Shown here: positions 18,498 through 28,496 of the stretch, piece by piece | Numbering within the stretch: the stretch's first letter is position 1 | Layout: the number at the start of each line of letters is the position of its first letter | Source: Candidatus Lustribacter sp. | GTDB lineage: Bacteria; Vulcanimicrobiota; Vulcanimicrobiia; Vulcanimicrobiales; Vulcanimicrobiaceae | Length of the DNA stretch: 64,000 nucleotides | NCBI GenBank assembly: GCA_965277805.1 | Contig: OZ255842.1 | Span: 1,120,001 to 1,184,000 of the forward strand | Direction: 5' to 3' | Program-made: the position numbers and the translations under genes | Notes under the pieces: generated by a model | What the model was told of the DNA's origin: nothing | Seen by the model: only the letters and a program-made list of their open reading frames with translations | The model's database searches: none

Positions 18498-20222
18498 GTG
18501 CGACGGCCTTGGTTTGAATCGAGGCCGGCGCTCATCGCGGTTGCCGCCGTTGTCGTGGCGATCATCGCGGTCCTTGCTGCACCATTCCTCATCCCCGTGG
18601 ATAGCTATCGGCCGCTGCTGGTATGGGCGATCGAAGCCGGCACGGGCCGCCAAGTGACGATCGATCATCTGGAATTGCACGTCGTGCCGAGCCTGCGCGT
18701 TACCGTCGTGTGCTTTCACGTGTTGAACCCGAGCGGCTTCCCGGCGGGCGATGCGCTCGTCGCACAGTCGATCGATCTGGCGGTCGATCCGCGCGCTTTG
18801 CTGGCGCGCCGGCTCGATATCACCGATATCATCCCCACCGGTGTGCAGCTGAACGTCTTGCGCAACACCACGGGCCGCTCGAATTTTGCCCAACCGGTGA
18901 AGCGCACGGCGCAAGGTCCCGCCACGGTGTTCGCGCTCGAGCCGCTCAGTGCGGTGAGCGTGAAGGGGGCAGAAATCACGTTCGGGGATGCGCCGGGGAC
19001 GAAGCGGCCGGCGCCGTCGTTCACCCTGAGCGGAGTCAGCGGCACCATCAGCTCCATCAACACCCAAGCACCGGACTGGGCGAAGCAACTCACCATTGTG
19101 GCTGACCTGCGCGGTGCGCATCTTACGACCTCACTGTTGAAGAAACCAATCGATTTTCAAACCGGCACCCTGTCGCTGAAGGCTGGTGCCGGACGGGCGA
19201 CGTTCGCGGCATCGGTGGGAAGCGTGAATCTTGCCGGCAGCGCATCGTTCCCGCGTCTCGATCCGTTGTCGATCGCGTTCTCGGTCAGCAGTCCGGAACT
19301 GGATCTTAAGGACCTGGGAGCGCTCTTGGGTGGTGGGGTACAAGGCGGTGCTGCGACGGTCTCGCGCTATCCCATCGCGCATGGAACGATTGCGATCGGC
19401 AAAGTCATGGCATCGCCGGTGGAAGTGACGCAATTGAAGGGACAGCTCGCATTTTACGGGAGCAACGTGCAGCTGACAGGGTGCACGTTCAACGCGTATG
19501 GCGGTCGCGTGAGCGGAAGCGCGGTCATTCACGGCGCGGCCGGGACCCCGGTCGACGCTAAAGCGCACGTCGCCGGGATCAACGTTGCGCAAACCCTCGC
19601 GGCTCTCGGCTGGGGTAGCGGAAAGGTCTCGGGCGCACTGACGGCCTCGTTCACCTTCGCGACCCGGCTGACCAGCAACCCGGAGGCATCCCTGACAGCG
19701 GCAGGCACGTTCGCGGTGAGCAACGGCTCGTTTCCCGGCATGAACTTCAACAGCAACCTCGCCCAGATTGCAAAACTCGCAAGCATCGACGTGCCGTCCG
19801 GGCCGACTCGATTCAGCTATTTCGGCGGCGATCTGCGCATCGCGCACGAGCGCGGCTACAGTAACGAACTGCGGCTCGTGGCAACCGGGATGACCGGTAC
19901 GGCTCGCGGCAGCTTCGGGTTCGATCAGTCTATCAGCTATAACGGGACCGGCGTGATCGATGTTCTGTCGGGCTCATCATCGTCCACGGGTTCATCCGCC
20001 CTGGCAATGGTCGCGCAAGTCCTGCACACGACGCTGCAGCAAAACGTCGGCTCGGGTCAGGTCCAGATCCCCTTCTCGCTACGCGGCACGATCGACAACC
20101 CGCAATTCACGACGGCCGGCCTCGCGCAGCTCATTACGAACAACATCCCCGCGCAAGTCATCCAACAGCAAACGGGAAATCCGGCAGTTCAGTCGCTGCT
20201 GAAACTGATTCCAGGTCTCTAA
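18498..20222 (+). CDS. AsmA family protein
   Basis: N-terminal TM anchor, GRQVTI, NP.GF, repetitive beta strands, AYGGRVSG, IPFSLRGTIDNPQF C-terminus. Confidence 0.8.
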   Translation: MRRPWFESRPALIAVAAVVVAIIAVLAAPFLIPVDSYRPLLVWAIEAGTGRQVTIDHLELHVVPSLRVTVVCFHVLNPSGFPAGDALVAQSIDLAVDPRALLARRLDITDIIPTGVQLNVLRNTTGRSNFAQPVKRTAQGPATVFALEPLSAVSVKGAEITFGDAPGTKRPAPSFTLSGVSGTISSINTQAPDWAKQLTIVADLRGAHLTTSLLKKPIDFQTGTLSLKAGAGRATFAASVGSVNLAGSASFPRLDPLSIAFSVSSPELDLKDLGALLGGGVQGGAATVSRYPIAHGTIAIGKVMASPVEVTQLKGQLAFYGSNVQLTGCTFNAYGGRVSGSAVIHGAAGTPVDAKAHVAGINVAQTLAALGWGSGKVSGALTASFTFATRLTSNPEASLTAAGTFAVSNGSFPGMNFNSNLAQIAKLASIDVPSGPTRFSYFGGDLRIAHERGYSNELRLVATGMTGTARGSFGFDQSISYNGTGVIDVLSGSSSSTGSSALAMVAQVLHTTLQQNVGSGQVQIPFSLRGTIDNPQFTTAGLAQLITNNIPAQVIQQQTGNPAVQSLLKLIPGL

Positions 20223-20692
20223 GCGCGGCGCGCGAGAAGCGCGTCGATTGAGTAGCGACCCGGGCCGGCGATGAAAAGTGCGATCGCGATCGTGAGAAGG
20301 AGGGCGGGGATTTCATAGGATTCGCGGCCGCCGACGAAGCGGTGATGTTGCAGGATGCCGACGCCGATGACGGCGACGCTCAGGTCGCAGATGATAAAGA
20401 ACGTTACGACGCGCGTGAGCAGGCCAAACAGAATGAGGAAGCCGCCGATGCCCTCGGCAAATGCGACGATCGGTTCGAGGAACGACGGCGCGTTGGGGAC
20501 TGCCGCGTGCAGCCCGGGGCTATTGTCGAGCCAGTGCATCGGATCGTGCATCTTCGGGGCGCCATGGAGGTGCAACGCATAGCCGGCGACGAGCCGGAGG
20601 ATCAGCAGCGCAATCGCGGTTGAGACGCTGGTCGGTGGTACCAGAGCGCGAACGAAGCTCGATGGCGTCATGCCGCCCATCCTGCCCCGCAA
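20219..20692 (-). CDS. DoxX family membrane protein (start uncertain; ATGs also at 20680 and 20671)
   Basis: LLILRLVAG...HGAPK; AEGIGG...GLLTR; E...LL...GPGRYSID. Confidence 0.9.
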   Translation of the reverse strand: MRGRMGGMTPSSFVRALVPPTSVSTAIALLILRLVAGYALHLHGAPKMHDPMHWLDNSPGLHAAVPNAPSFLEPIVAFAEGIGGFLILFGLLTRVVTFFIICDLSVAVIGVGILQHHRFVGGRESYEIPALLLTIAIALFIAGPGRYSIDALLARRA

Positions 20693-20706
20693 TCTTGAGA
20701 ACTTCC

Positions 20707-21522
20707 TCAGAACCGCACGCCGAGACCAGCCGCCAGCATGCTATCGCGCACGGAAGCGGGCGCGTTCGTCCGATCGTGCAGATCCTCGCCGGCGAAGCTG
20801 ATGTCCAAATAGAGGTGCGTGCCGGGTTGGTTGATCAGCATCCCGGCGCGATAGCGTAGGCCACGATACGTAAGCGCGGTCGCGGGCCCGTTCCCGAGCG
20901 AGTACATCCCACCGGCGTTCGGCGTGTACGACACCCACGCGTACGGCGTAATCACCGGCACCGGGTTGGGCGCGAGCATCACAACGTATCCCACGCCGTG
21001 CACGGGCGGATATCCCGTGTTGACGCGTCGCGTGAAGAGGTCGAGTCCGGCGAAAATGTGCGGCGCGATGCGCGGTCCGCCGCCCGACTCCATCTCATCA
21101 TCGTGCACCAAGAACGACGGCACGCTCGCGAAGCCGTTGCCGCCGATCGTCGCGACCGGATTCGTTCCCACGTGCTGGTAGGCGAAGCTGCGGAAATCCG
21201 AGTAGCTCAACACATGGAAGTGGCCCAGCAACGTCGTCTCGCCCGTTTGCCAACCCTCGAGCTCCGTTAGGCCGGTCGACGAACCCGGCACGAACTCGCT
21301 GGTCACGTTCGATGTCGCGCTCACGCCCACGGCGATAAACTGCTGCCCCGTCACGAACAGCTTGGGCTTCGGCGATGCCGAGGCCGCCGGCATCGGCGCA
21401 GGTGCGCTCTGCGCCGAAGCGCTGCCGCCGATAACGAGCGATATCGCGCCCGTCAGAAGAGCGATGAGTAAATGGCGTTTCACGAGCGGGCTATTCCCGC
21501 TGTGCGCGAGAGGTAATCTCAT
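20707..21522 (-). CDS. Hypothetical exported/outer-membrane beta-strand protein
   Basis: Signal-peptide-like N-terminus, Pro/Ala linker, C-terminal GLGVRF (terminal Phe typical of OMPs). Start uncertain. Confidence 0.6.
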   Translation of the reverse strand: MRLPLAHSGNSPLVKRHLLIALLTGAISLVIGGSASAQSAPAPMPAASASPKPKLFVTGQQFIAVGVSATSNVTSEFVPGSSTGLTELEGWQTGETTLLGHFHVLSYSDFRSFAYQHVGTNPVATIGGNGFASVPSFLVHDDEMESGGGPRIAPHIFAGLDLFTRRVNTGYPPVHGVGYVVMLAPNPVPVITPYAWVSYTPNAGGMYSLGNGPATALTYRGLRYRAGMLINQPGTHLYLDISFAGEDLHDRTNAPASVRDSMLAAGLGVRF

Positions 21523-21545
21523 CGGCGGAAGAAAGTTGCGTGACT

Positions 21546-23357
21546 ATGCAAGGCAAACGGAACAGCCGGTCGCGCTCCCTCATCGGGATGCTGCTCGCGC
21601 TCACGGTGCTGCTCTCCTCGAGCGGTTCGCTCGCGGTCGCGCAGGACGTTGCGCCGAGGCTGATCCCGGATAAGATCATCTCGATCCCGATGAGCGACGG
21701 CGTGAAGATCGCGGCCGCGCTCTACCTGCCGGACAATCCGCACGGCAAGTATCCGGTGCTTCTCGCCGCGTCCGCTTATCGCTTCGACAACGACGAAGTG
21801 CCGGCGATGGCGATTTATCCGTTCATGGAACTGGGCCCGGTGCGCTACTACACGCAGCACGGCTACATCTACGTCCACATGGACGTGCGCGGTTCGGGCC
21901 GTTCGGGCGGCACCTACACCTACCAGTCGCGGCGCGAACAGCGCGATCTCTACGAAGCGATCGAATGGATCGCAAAACAGCCCTGGTCGACGGGCAAGAT
22001 CGGCGGCGTCGGTCAGTCGTACTACGCGCGCGCGCAGTGGTTCATGGGCGCCCAGCATCCGCCGCATTTGTCGTGCATCGCGCCCTACGACGGCAACATC
22101 GATACCTATCACGCCTCGGCCTACACCGGCGGCATTCCGGGCGACTATCCCGACTCGTGGTTCGACGGCCTGCGCTCGCAGAATCTCTACCCGCGTGCCG
22201 GTCCCCCGCGCGTGATCGCCTACGACTACACGCTGCAAGCGCTGCGTCACAACCTCTACGACGACTTTTGGAAAGAACGCACGGTCGCCGAGCAGTTGCC
22301 GACGGTCAAAGTGCCGACGTTCTCGATCGGCGTGTGGGGCAAAGTCGATCTTCATCTCAACGGCAACATCGTCGGCTTCCAGCGCGTGACCGGGCCGAAG
22401 AAACTGCTCGTGTTCGGCGGCGCCAACGTCGAGCAAGCCGTGGCGGATTATTCGAGCATCGGCTTCCACGAAACGTATCTCCGGCCGTTCTATGACTGGT
22501 GCCTCAAAGGCGAGCAAACGTCGTATGTCACGGCGCCGGACGTGCGCTATGCGCTGACCGGTAGCGACAAGATCCTCTCCGCCGCCACCTGGCCGCCGGT
22601 CGGGATCAACTACGAAACGCTGTTCCTCAACAACGGCCCGACCGGCAGCGTGGTCTCCCTCAACGACGGCGCCCTCAACGCGACCGCCCCCGATGCGAGC
22701 AACGCGCCGACCGTCTTCAAGTACCCGAACGCCGGCTGGACCAACGGCGTCGTCGGCCGCGGACCCGACGGCCGGCCCGATCCCGCACGCCGCGTCCTCA
22801 CGTTCACGACCGCGCCGCTCGATGCGGATACCCAAGTCGTGGGCCCGATCGAACTGATTCTGTACGCCTCGTCGAGCAACACCGATACGGATTTCTTCGT
22901 CAAGCTATCAGATCAGTCGCCGGGAACCGACGCCGATCAGAAGGCCGGGTTGAACCCGCGTTACAGCATCGTCACCAAAGGCTGGCTGCGCGCGTCACAC
23001 CGTGCGCTCGATCCGAAGTGGTCGCTGCCGCACGCGCCGTGGTACACCGATGCGAAAGAACAGCCGCTGCATCCGGGACAAATCTACAAATTCGACATCG
23101 CGGTGATGCCGACGGCGCACATGTTCAAGAAAGGCAGCCGCATTCGCCTCGAGCTGGCGAACGGCGATTCCGCCGCGACCGACGCGCCGTTCACGCACCG
23201 CTACAGCCCGCGCAAGCTCGGTGCCGACACGATCTATCACGATGCCCAGCATCCTTCGGAGCTGTTGCTCCCGCTCTTGCCGGCCGCACCGGCGACCGGA
23301 GCTGCCCAATCCGGAGCTGCCCAATCCGGAGCTGCCCAATCCGGAGCTGCCCAATGA
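21546..23357 (+). CDS. CocE/NonD family hydrolase (S15-like), exported
   Basis: IPMSDGVKIAA.LYLP; DVRGSGRSGG; IEWIAKQPWSTGKIG..GQSY; DTDFFVKL.D; GWLRASHR; FKKGSRIRLEL. Confidence 0.92.
   Translation: MQGKRNSRSRSLIGMLLALTVLLSSSGSLAVAQDVAPRLIPDKIISIPMSDGVKIAAALYLPDNPHGKYPVLLAASAYRFDNDEVPAMAIYPFMELGPVRYYTQHGYIYVHMDVRGSGRSGGTYTYQSRREQRDLYEAIEWIAKQPWSTGKIGGVGQSYYARAQWFMGAQHPPHLSCIAPYDGNIDTYHASAYTGGIPGDYPDSWFDGLRSQNLYPRAGPPRVIAYDYTLQALRHNLYDDFWKERTVAEQLPTVKVPTFSIGVWGKVDLHLNGNIVGFQRVTGPKKLLVFGGANVEQAVADYSSIGFHETYLRPFYDWCLKGEQTSYVTAPDVRYALTGSDKILSAATWPPVGINYETLFLNNGPTGSVVSLNDGALNATAPDASNAPTVFKYPNAGWTNGVVGRGPDGRPDPARRVLTFTTAPLDADTQVVGPIELILYASSSNTDTDFFVKLSDQSPGTDADQKAGLNPRYSIVTKGWLRASHRALDPKWSLPHAPWYTDAKEQPLHPGQIYKFDIAVMPTAHMFKKGSRIRLELANGDSAATDAPFTHRYSPRKLGADTIYHDAQHPSELLLPLLPAAPATGAAQSGAAQSGAAQSGAAQ
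23296..23355 (+). repeat. Perfect 15-bp tandem repeat x4 (CCGGAGCTGCCCAAT)
   Basis: Four identical copies encoding (S/T)GAAQ at the CocE C-terminus. Confidence 0.97.
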
Positions 23358-23845
23358 AGAAGACGATCCTCGCGCTTTCGGCGGTCGCAGCGATAGCGGC
23401 CGCCACCGTGCCGGCGCGCAGTGCCGATGTGCTCACCACGCATCGGCTTTCAGCGCAACTCGCCACGGAGATCGCGGTCGACGCGATCGCGGCCTGTGCG
23501 AAGATGACCTACACGATCACCGCTGCCGTCGTCGATAGTGACGGCGTAACGCAAGCGCTGATCCGCGGCGACGGTGCCGGTATCCACACGGTGCAAGGCG
23601 CGCACGACAAGGCGTTCACCGCGGTGACCTACGGCCGTGCGGGCAGCGAAACGCAGAAGGGATACATGGCGAGCCCGCCGTCGGGCGTCATCCTCAAAGA
23701 GCCGTATCTCATTCCCGGCGACGGCGGCTTGCCGATCAAGATCGGTAATGAGGTCGTGGCTGCGCTCGGCGTCAGCGGCTCGCCGGGCAAAGACGAAGTC
23801 TGCGGCAATGCGGCGCTCGACATGGTCCGCGCGCGCCTGAGGTGA
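23354..23845 (+). CDS. GlcG/HbpS family heme-binding protein, exported
   Basis: MKKTILALSAVAA signal; AAVVDSDG...RGDGAG...AHDKAFTA; GGLPI...VVAALGVSG. Confidence 0.88.
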   Translation: MKKTILALSAVAAIAAATVPARSADVLTTHRLSAQLATEIAVDAIAACAKMTYTITAAVVDSDGVTQALIRGDGAGIHTVQGAHDKAFTAVTYGRAGSETQKGYMASPPSGVILKEPYLIPGDGGLPIKIGNEVVAALGVSGSPGKDEVCGNAALDMVRARLR

Positions 23846-24816
23846 AGCAGATGATGAACGGCATGCGGACCCCGTCGATTTCGCGTTCTGCCGCGATGGC
23901 GCTGATCGGCGGAGGCCTGCTCGCGGCCGCCATTCCCGCCGCGGCTCAAACCGCACTCTCGCAGGTGCGGATGGGCGCACCAACGATCGACGCGTCGGCG
24001 CAGCCGTGGTACGGGTCCGACGCGGGGATCTTTCAGGCGAACGGAATCGATCCCCAGGTCACGGTGATGGCGAACGCCCAGGCCATCGTGCAGGCTGTGA
24101 TGGCCGGCGCGCTCGACGTCGGCATCGCGAACCCGATGGTGTTGGCGGTCGCAATCTCGCACGGCATTCCGCTGCAAGTGCTCGCGCCAGCGTCGCTCTA
24201 TTCCAAGCGCGATGCGATTCCGGCACTTGTTGTTGCCAAAGATTCGCCGTTCAAAACGGCCAAAGATTTGATCGGCGCGTCGATCGGTGACGTATCGCTC
24301 GGCAATTTCAACCAGATCAGCACGATGGCGTGGCTCGATGCGCGCGGCGTTCCGCCCAAAAGCGTGAAGTTCGTCGAGCTGCCGTTCTCCGAAGTCGGTG
24401 AGGCCTTGAAGCGCGGCACCGTGCAAGCCGCGTTCATCGCGGAGCCCTTTGAAAGCGCCCAAATACGTGCCGGACTCATCCGTCAATTCGGCGACCCGTA
24501 TCTCACCGTCGGTCCCGAGATTGCGGTGGTGGCGTGGTTCTCGACGAAAGACTGGGCGCAGAAGAATCCCGACGTTGAGAAGCGGCTCGTCAAGAGCATC
24601 TACGCGACGGCACAGTGGGCCAATGCCCATACGGGCGAAACGGCTGCGATACTCGCGAAAGTGTCCAAGCAAGACCAGGCGGGCATCGAGGCGGCGAAAC
24701 GCTACTACTTCGCGACCGAACCGCAGCGTCATTATCTCGAACCAATCTTGAAAGTCGCGGCGCAGTACGGCGCATTGCAGCGTCCGGTCAGCTACGAAGA
24801 ATTCACCGGCAGCTAA
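23842..24816 (+). CDS. ABC transporter substrate-binding protein (SsuA/NMT1-like)
   Basis: GIFQANGID, AGALDVG, SPFKTAKDLIG, VELPF, GTVQAAFIAEPF. Confidence 0.85.
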   Translation: MKQMMNGMRTPSISRSAAMALIGGGLLAAAIPAAAQTALSQVRMGAPTIDASAQPWYGSDAGIFQANGIDPQVTVMANAQAIVQAVMAGALDVGIANPMVLAVAISHGIPLQVLAPASLYSKRDAIPALVVAKDSPFKTAKDLIGASIGDVSLGNFNQISTMAWLDARGVPPKSVKFVELPFSEVGEALKRGTVQAAFIAEPFESAQIRAGLIRQFGDPYLTVGPEIAVVAWFSTKDWAQKNPDVEKRLVKSIYATAQWANAHTGETAAILAKVSKQDQAGIEAAKRYYFATEPQRHYLEPILKVAAQYGALQRPVSYEEFTGS

Positions 24817-24830
24817 CCGGCAGCTAAACG

Positions 24831-24854
24831 ATCCCCGACAAGCTCGGGATGACA
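24831..24854 (+). repeat. REP-like palindromic repeat copy 1 (between convergent genes)
   Basis: ATCCCCGACAAGCTCGGGATGACA hairpin; related copies at 27614-27640 (opposite strand) and 28599-28617. Confidence 0.6.
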
Positions 24855-24857
24855 TGA

Positions 24858-25901
24858 TCAGGTGGTCGCGATGATGTAGCGGGCGATCTCGTCGGGCGGG
24901 AGTACGTTCGCGGCGGCGCCTAACCGCACGGCTTCGCCCGGCATGCCGAAGACGACGCATGTGTCTTCGTTTTGCGCGACCGTGAGGCCGCCGGCGCGTT
25001 GCAGTTCGAGCAGTCCGGCGGCACCGTCGCGACCCATGCCGGTGAGCACGACGCCCATTGAGCGCGGGCCGAAGGCGCGCGCCACCGACTGCAAGAGGTA
25101 GTTGCCCGAGGGACGGAAGCCGTCGTCGTCGGGTTCGCTCGAGAGTGCGATGCGGCCGTTTTTGTCGATGCCCAAGTGCACGCCGTCGGGCGCGATGTAG
25201 CCGTGACCGGGTTGCGTTTGCGCGCCGTCTTGCGCGATGGCGACCGGAATGCCGGTGCGTGTGCTGAGCCACGACGCGAAGCCGGCGATGAAGCCCTCGG
25301 ACATGTGCTGCACGATGAGGAACGTCGCCGGGCTCGCGGCGCCGACGGCGGTGAGGATGTCCGCGATCACGGCGGGCGCGCCGGTCGAGCCGACGAGCGC
25401 AACAACGTTTACGCGGGTTTGCGCGGTCTTCGGCGTAGCCGGTTTGGGGATTTCGGCCGGCGGGCTCAGCGGATTCGAGCGCGGCCGTGCGGGCCAACGA
25501 CGCACGACCTTCACCTCCGACATCAACCGCACGGTGCGCACGAGCTGTCCTGCGATGCGGTCGAAGGTAGGCGAGCCGAAGGCCGGCGGTTTGCTCACCA
25601 CGGCCAGCGCGCCGTTCTTGATCGCATCGAAGGTGAATTCGCTCTCGACCGGGCTCGCGGTCATCAGCACGATCGGCGTCGGGATCGTCTCCATGATCAC
25701 GCGCGTCGCGCCCACGCCGTCGAGCTTGGGCATCTGGCAATCCATCAGGATCACGTCGGGCCGCAGTTGGCGCGCTTGATCGACGCCTTGCTCGCCGTCA
25801 TTCGCGGTGCCGACGATGTCGAATCCGCCCGACTCCTCGAGCACGAAGCTGATGAACTCGCGTTGCACGGCCGAATCCTCGACCAGCAAGAGCCGGATCA
25901 C
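24858..25901 (-). CDS. cheB: Chemotaxis protein-glutamate methylesterase CheB (REC + methylesterase; WspF-like)
   Basis: GTG start overlapping the cheA stop; LLVEDS...MDCQMPKLDG; GSTGAP, VQHM, FRPS, VLTGMGRDGA, CVVFGMP. Confidence 0.93.
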   Translation of the reverse strand: MIRLLLVEDSAVQREFISFVLEESGGFDIVGTANDGEQGVDQARQLRPDVILMDCQMPKLDGVGATRVIMETIPTPIVLMTASPVESEFTFDAIKNGALAVVSKPPAFGSPTFDRIAGQLVRTVRLMSEVKVVRRWPARPRSNPLSPPAEIPKPATPKTAQTRVNVVALVGSTGAPAVIADILTAVGAASPATFLIVQHMSEGFIAGFASWLSTRTGIPVAIAQDGAQTQPGHGYIAPDGVHLGIDKNGRIALSSEPDDDGFRPSGNYLLQSVARAFGPRSMGVVLTGMGRDGAAGLLELQRAGGLTVAQNEDTCVVFGMPGEAVRLGAAANVLPPDEIARYIIATT

Positions 25902-27991
25902 GCGAGCCTCCGCACGATGTCGAGGAGATTGGCTTGATTGAAGCCGGACTTGAGCACGTACGCATTTGCGCCGACGCGAATCCCTTGTTCCTTGTCCTCC
26001 CGTCCTTCGAGCGCCGACACGAGCACGACCGGCAGCTTCGCGAGACGCGGTTCGCTGCGGATGCGCGCAGTGAGTTCGAAGCCGTTCATGCGCGGCATGT
26101 CGACGTCGGAGACCACGACGTCGAGTTCCGCGGTTTGCACGATGTCCCAAGCGGCTGCGCCGTCGGCCGCGACCTGCACGGCGTAGCCGGCGGCCTCGAA
26201 CATGTTGCGTTCCATCGTGCGCGTCGTGGTGGAATCGTCGACGACCAGCACGCGCAAGACGCGCGGCATCGGCGCGACCGCGACTTGCGGACGGGCCAAT
26301 GCGCGCACCGTGATCGACGCGATCAGATCGAGCGGCCGCAACACCAGCACGAGTTCGCCCGTCCCGAGCAACGCCGTCGTCAGCACGTTGCGCACGCGCA
26401 AGAGCGGCGGATGCAGCTCCTTGATCACGACTTCCTGTTCGCCCAGCACGTCGTCGACGAGCAGGATGCCGCGGCGCTCGCCGCCGCGCACCAAGAGACA
26501 CGAGCGCACGGTGCCATATGCGCGTTCGTCCTCGACGACGCGCGGCAGGCCCAGCATCGGCCCAAGGCTGCCGAACGGATAGTCGCGCCCGTCGTGGGTG
26601 AGCGAACCCTTCGCGAGGCCGGCCGTAGCCGCATCCTGCTTTACGGCGAAGACGTGCTCGATCGAATCCAGCGGCAAGAGAAAACGCCGGCCGTGCACCG
26701 CGATGAGCAGCGCGCGATACGTGACGATGCTGGCGGGAAACTCGAGCCGAATCACAGTGCCTTTGCCGGGCGTCGAGCGCGTGGAGATGCGGCCCTCAAC
26801 GCGCTCGATGCGTTCGCGCACGATGGCAAGGCCGCGGCCGTGACCGGAGATCGTCGTGATGACCGGGCTCGTGCTCACGCCGGCCGAGTACGCGAGGTCC
26901 GACACTTCGGCGTCGCTCAATGCGGCGAGCTGTTCTTCCGATGCGAGCCGCGAGCGGAGCGCGGCAGCGCGCAGCGCATCGAGCGCGAAGCCCTTGCCGT
27001 CATCGGCCACTTCGATGCTGATGCGGCCGCCTTCGCTCGGCGCAACGGTCACGACGAGGTTGCCGCGGCGCGGTTTGCCGGCGGCTTCGCGCGCGGCGGG
27101 TGCTTCGATGCCGTGATCGATCGCGTTGCGCACCATGTGGATCAGCGGGTCTTTGACCAGCTCCAAGACCTTGCGGTCGATTTCGAGGTTCGCGCCGACC
27201 ACGCTCCAATCGACCTCTTTGCCGGTTTCACGGCAGAGATCACGCACCATCAGCGGAAACGCATCGAGAATGCTCGCCGCCGGCATCATCCGCACGCGCC
27301 GCATCTCGTCGTTGAGATCGTCGACCGCCGTCGTGAGCAGCCGGCTATCTTGCCGTAGTACCGCGAGTAGTTGACGTGCGCGCATCTCGAGCGTGTGAAG
27401 CTCTTCGCGCAGCTCGAGCCCGGCCCGCGCGCGCACCCGTTCAATACTCTCCACCACGCCGCGCGCCATCCGCACGTGTTCGCTCGACGCGAGCTTCGGA
27501 TGCAACAAACTCTCCGCGAGCGTCACGACGTTATCGAGCCGCCCAACCTCAACCCGAATCGTATCGGCCAAAGCCGGCGCCGGCAATGCCTCCGGTGCAC
27601 CCGTCGCCTCACCGTCACCCCGAGCTTGTCGAGGGACCGCCTCGATCCCGACGTTGCTGAGCTGATCGGCCGGCAGCGTTCCGGCAATGACGCTCGCTAG
27701 TGCGTGGCTCGCTTCCTCAATCACATGCAGCTCGGTAGACGACGGCGCCGAGCCGTTGCGGATGAGCGTTTCGCAGCGATGACAGGCCGCCTCGAATTCG
27801 CCGAATCCGACCGAACGCGCCGCGCCCTTGAGCGTGTGCATTGCGCGCAGCAGATTCTCGAGGTTCGTGGTGGCGCTTGGATCGCGGGTGAGCGTCGCGA
27901 TCTCGGACGCGATGGTTTGCAGATGCTCTTGCGCTTCCATGCGGAAGGTCGCGAGCAGGCGCGCGCGCAGCGCTTCGGCGCGGTCAGTCAC
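25898..27991 (-). CDS. cheA: Hybrid chemotaxis kinase CheA-REC (WspE-like)
   Basis: Hpt MHTLKGAAR; HMVRNAIDHGIE; DDGKG; CheW domain; C-terminal REC VVDDS...DVDMPRMNG. Confidence 0.93.
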   Translation of the reverse strand: MTDRAEALRARLLATFRMEAQEHLQTIASEIATLTRDPSATTNLENLLRAMHTLKGAARSVGFGEFEAACHRCETLIRNGSAPSSTELHVIEEASHALASVIAGTLPADQLSNVGIEAVPRQARGDGEATGAPEALPAPALADTIRVEVGRLDNVVTLAESLLHPKLASSEHVRMARGVVESIERVRARAGLELREELHTLEMRARQLLAVLRQDSRLLTTAVDDLNDEMRRVRMMPAASILDAFPLMVRDLCRETGKEVDWSVVGANLEIDRKVLELVKDPLIHMVRNAIDHGIEAPAAREAAGKPRRGNLVVTVAPSEGGRISIEVADDGKGFALDALRAAALRSRLASEEQLAALSDAEVSDLAYSAGVSTSPVITTISGHGRGLAIVRERIERVEGRISTRSTPGKGTVIRLEFPASIVTYRALLIAVHGRRFLLPLDSIEHVFAVKQDAATAGLAKGSLTHDGRDYPFGSLGPMLGLPRVVEDERAYGTVRSCLLVRGGERRGILLVDDVLGEQEVVIKELHPPLLRVRNVLTTALLGTGELVLVLRPLDLIASITVRALARPQVAVAPMPRVLRVLVVDDSTTTRTMERNMFEAAGYAVQVAADGAAAWDIVQTAELDVVVSDVDMPRMNGFELTARIRSEPRLAKLPVVLVSALEGREDKEQGIRVGANAYVLKSGFNQANLLDIVRRLA
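27614..27640 (-). repeat. REP-like repeat copy 2, inside the cheA linker
   Basis: Minus strand GCGGTCCCTCGACAAGCTCGGGGTGAC, read in frame as AVPRQARGD. Confidence 0.6.
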
Positions 27992-28496
27992 GGTCGTCGA
28001 TGACCAAGCGCGCGTCGGCCAGCAGTAGATGGATGTCGATCAGCGTGATGCCGTCGCGGGTGATGCCGCGCACGGCCGGCGAGTGCGTGCCGCTCGCGGG
28101 CGGCGGCGCGATCGAGGCGGTCTCGATGCGCACGAACGATTCGACCGTTTCGGCACCGATTGCGATCGTGCGTTCGCCGGAGAAGAGGATCGCGTGTGCC
28201 GGGTTGAGCGGATAATCGGACGAGGCGCCGAGGAGGGGGCGGACGTCGATGACCGGATAGACGACGCCGGCATCGACGATCAACCCGTGATAGAACGGAG
28301 GCACGCCCGGTAACGGCGTTATTTCGGTTACCGCGATGGCTTCGTCGGCTTCGACGGCGTCGATCGCGTAGCGGACGGTGCCGGCTTGGAAGACGATCAG
28401 CTCGAGGACTTCGGCCACCGGTGCGACGATGCGCGGCGCCGCTAGCGTGATGGCGCGCGTGCGTAGGAGTTGTTGCATGTCGTCGTGGTCGCTCAT
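27984..28496 (-). CDS. cheW: CheW-like coupling protein (WspD-like)
   Basis: LLRTRA..LA; RYAI; ITPLPGVPPFYHGLI...VYPVIDVRPLLG. Confidence 0.85.
   Translation of the reverse strand: MSDHDDMQQLLRTRAITLAAPRIVAPVAEVLELIVFQAGTVRYAIDAVEADEAIAVTEITPLPGVPPFYHGLIVDAGVVYPVIDVRPLLGASSDYPLNPAHAILFSGERTIAIGAETVESFVRIETASIAPPPASGTHSPAVRGITRDGITLIDIHLLLADARLVIDDRD

Noticed and set aside
23296-23355. CRISPR array
   Set aside because: The repeats are contiguous 15-mers without spacers, and no cas genes are present.
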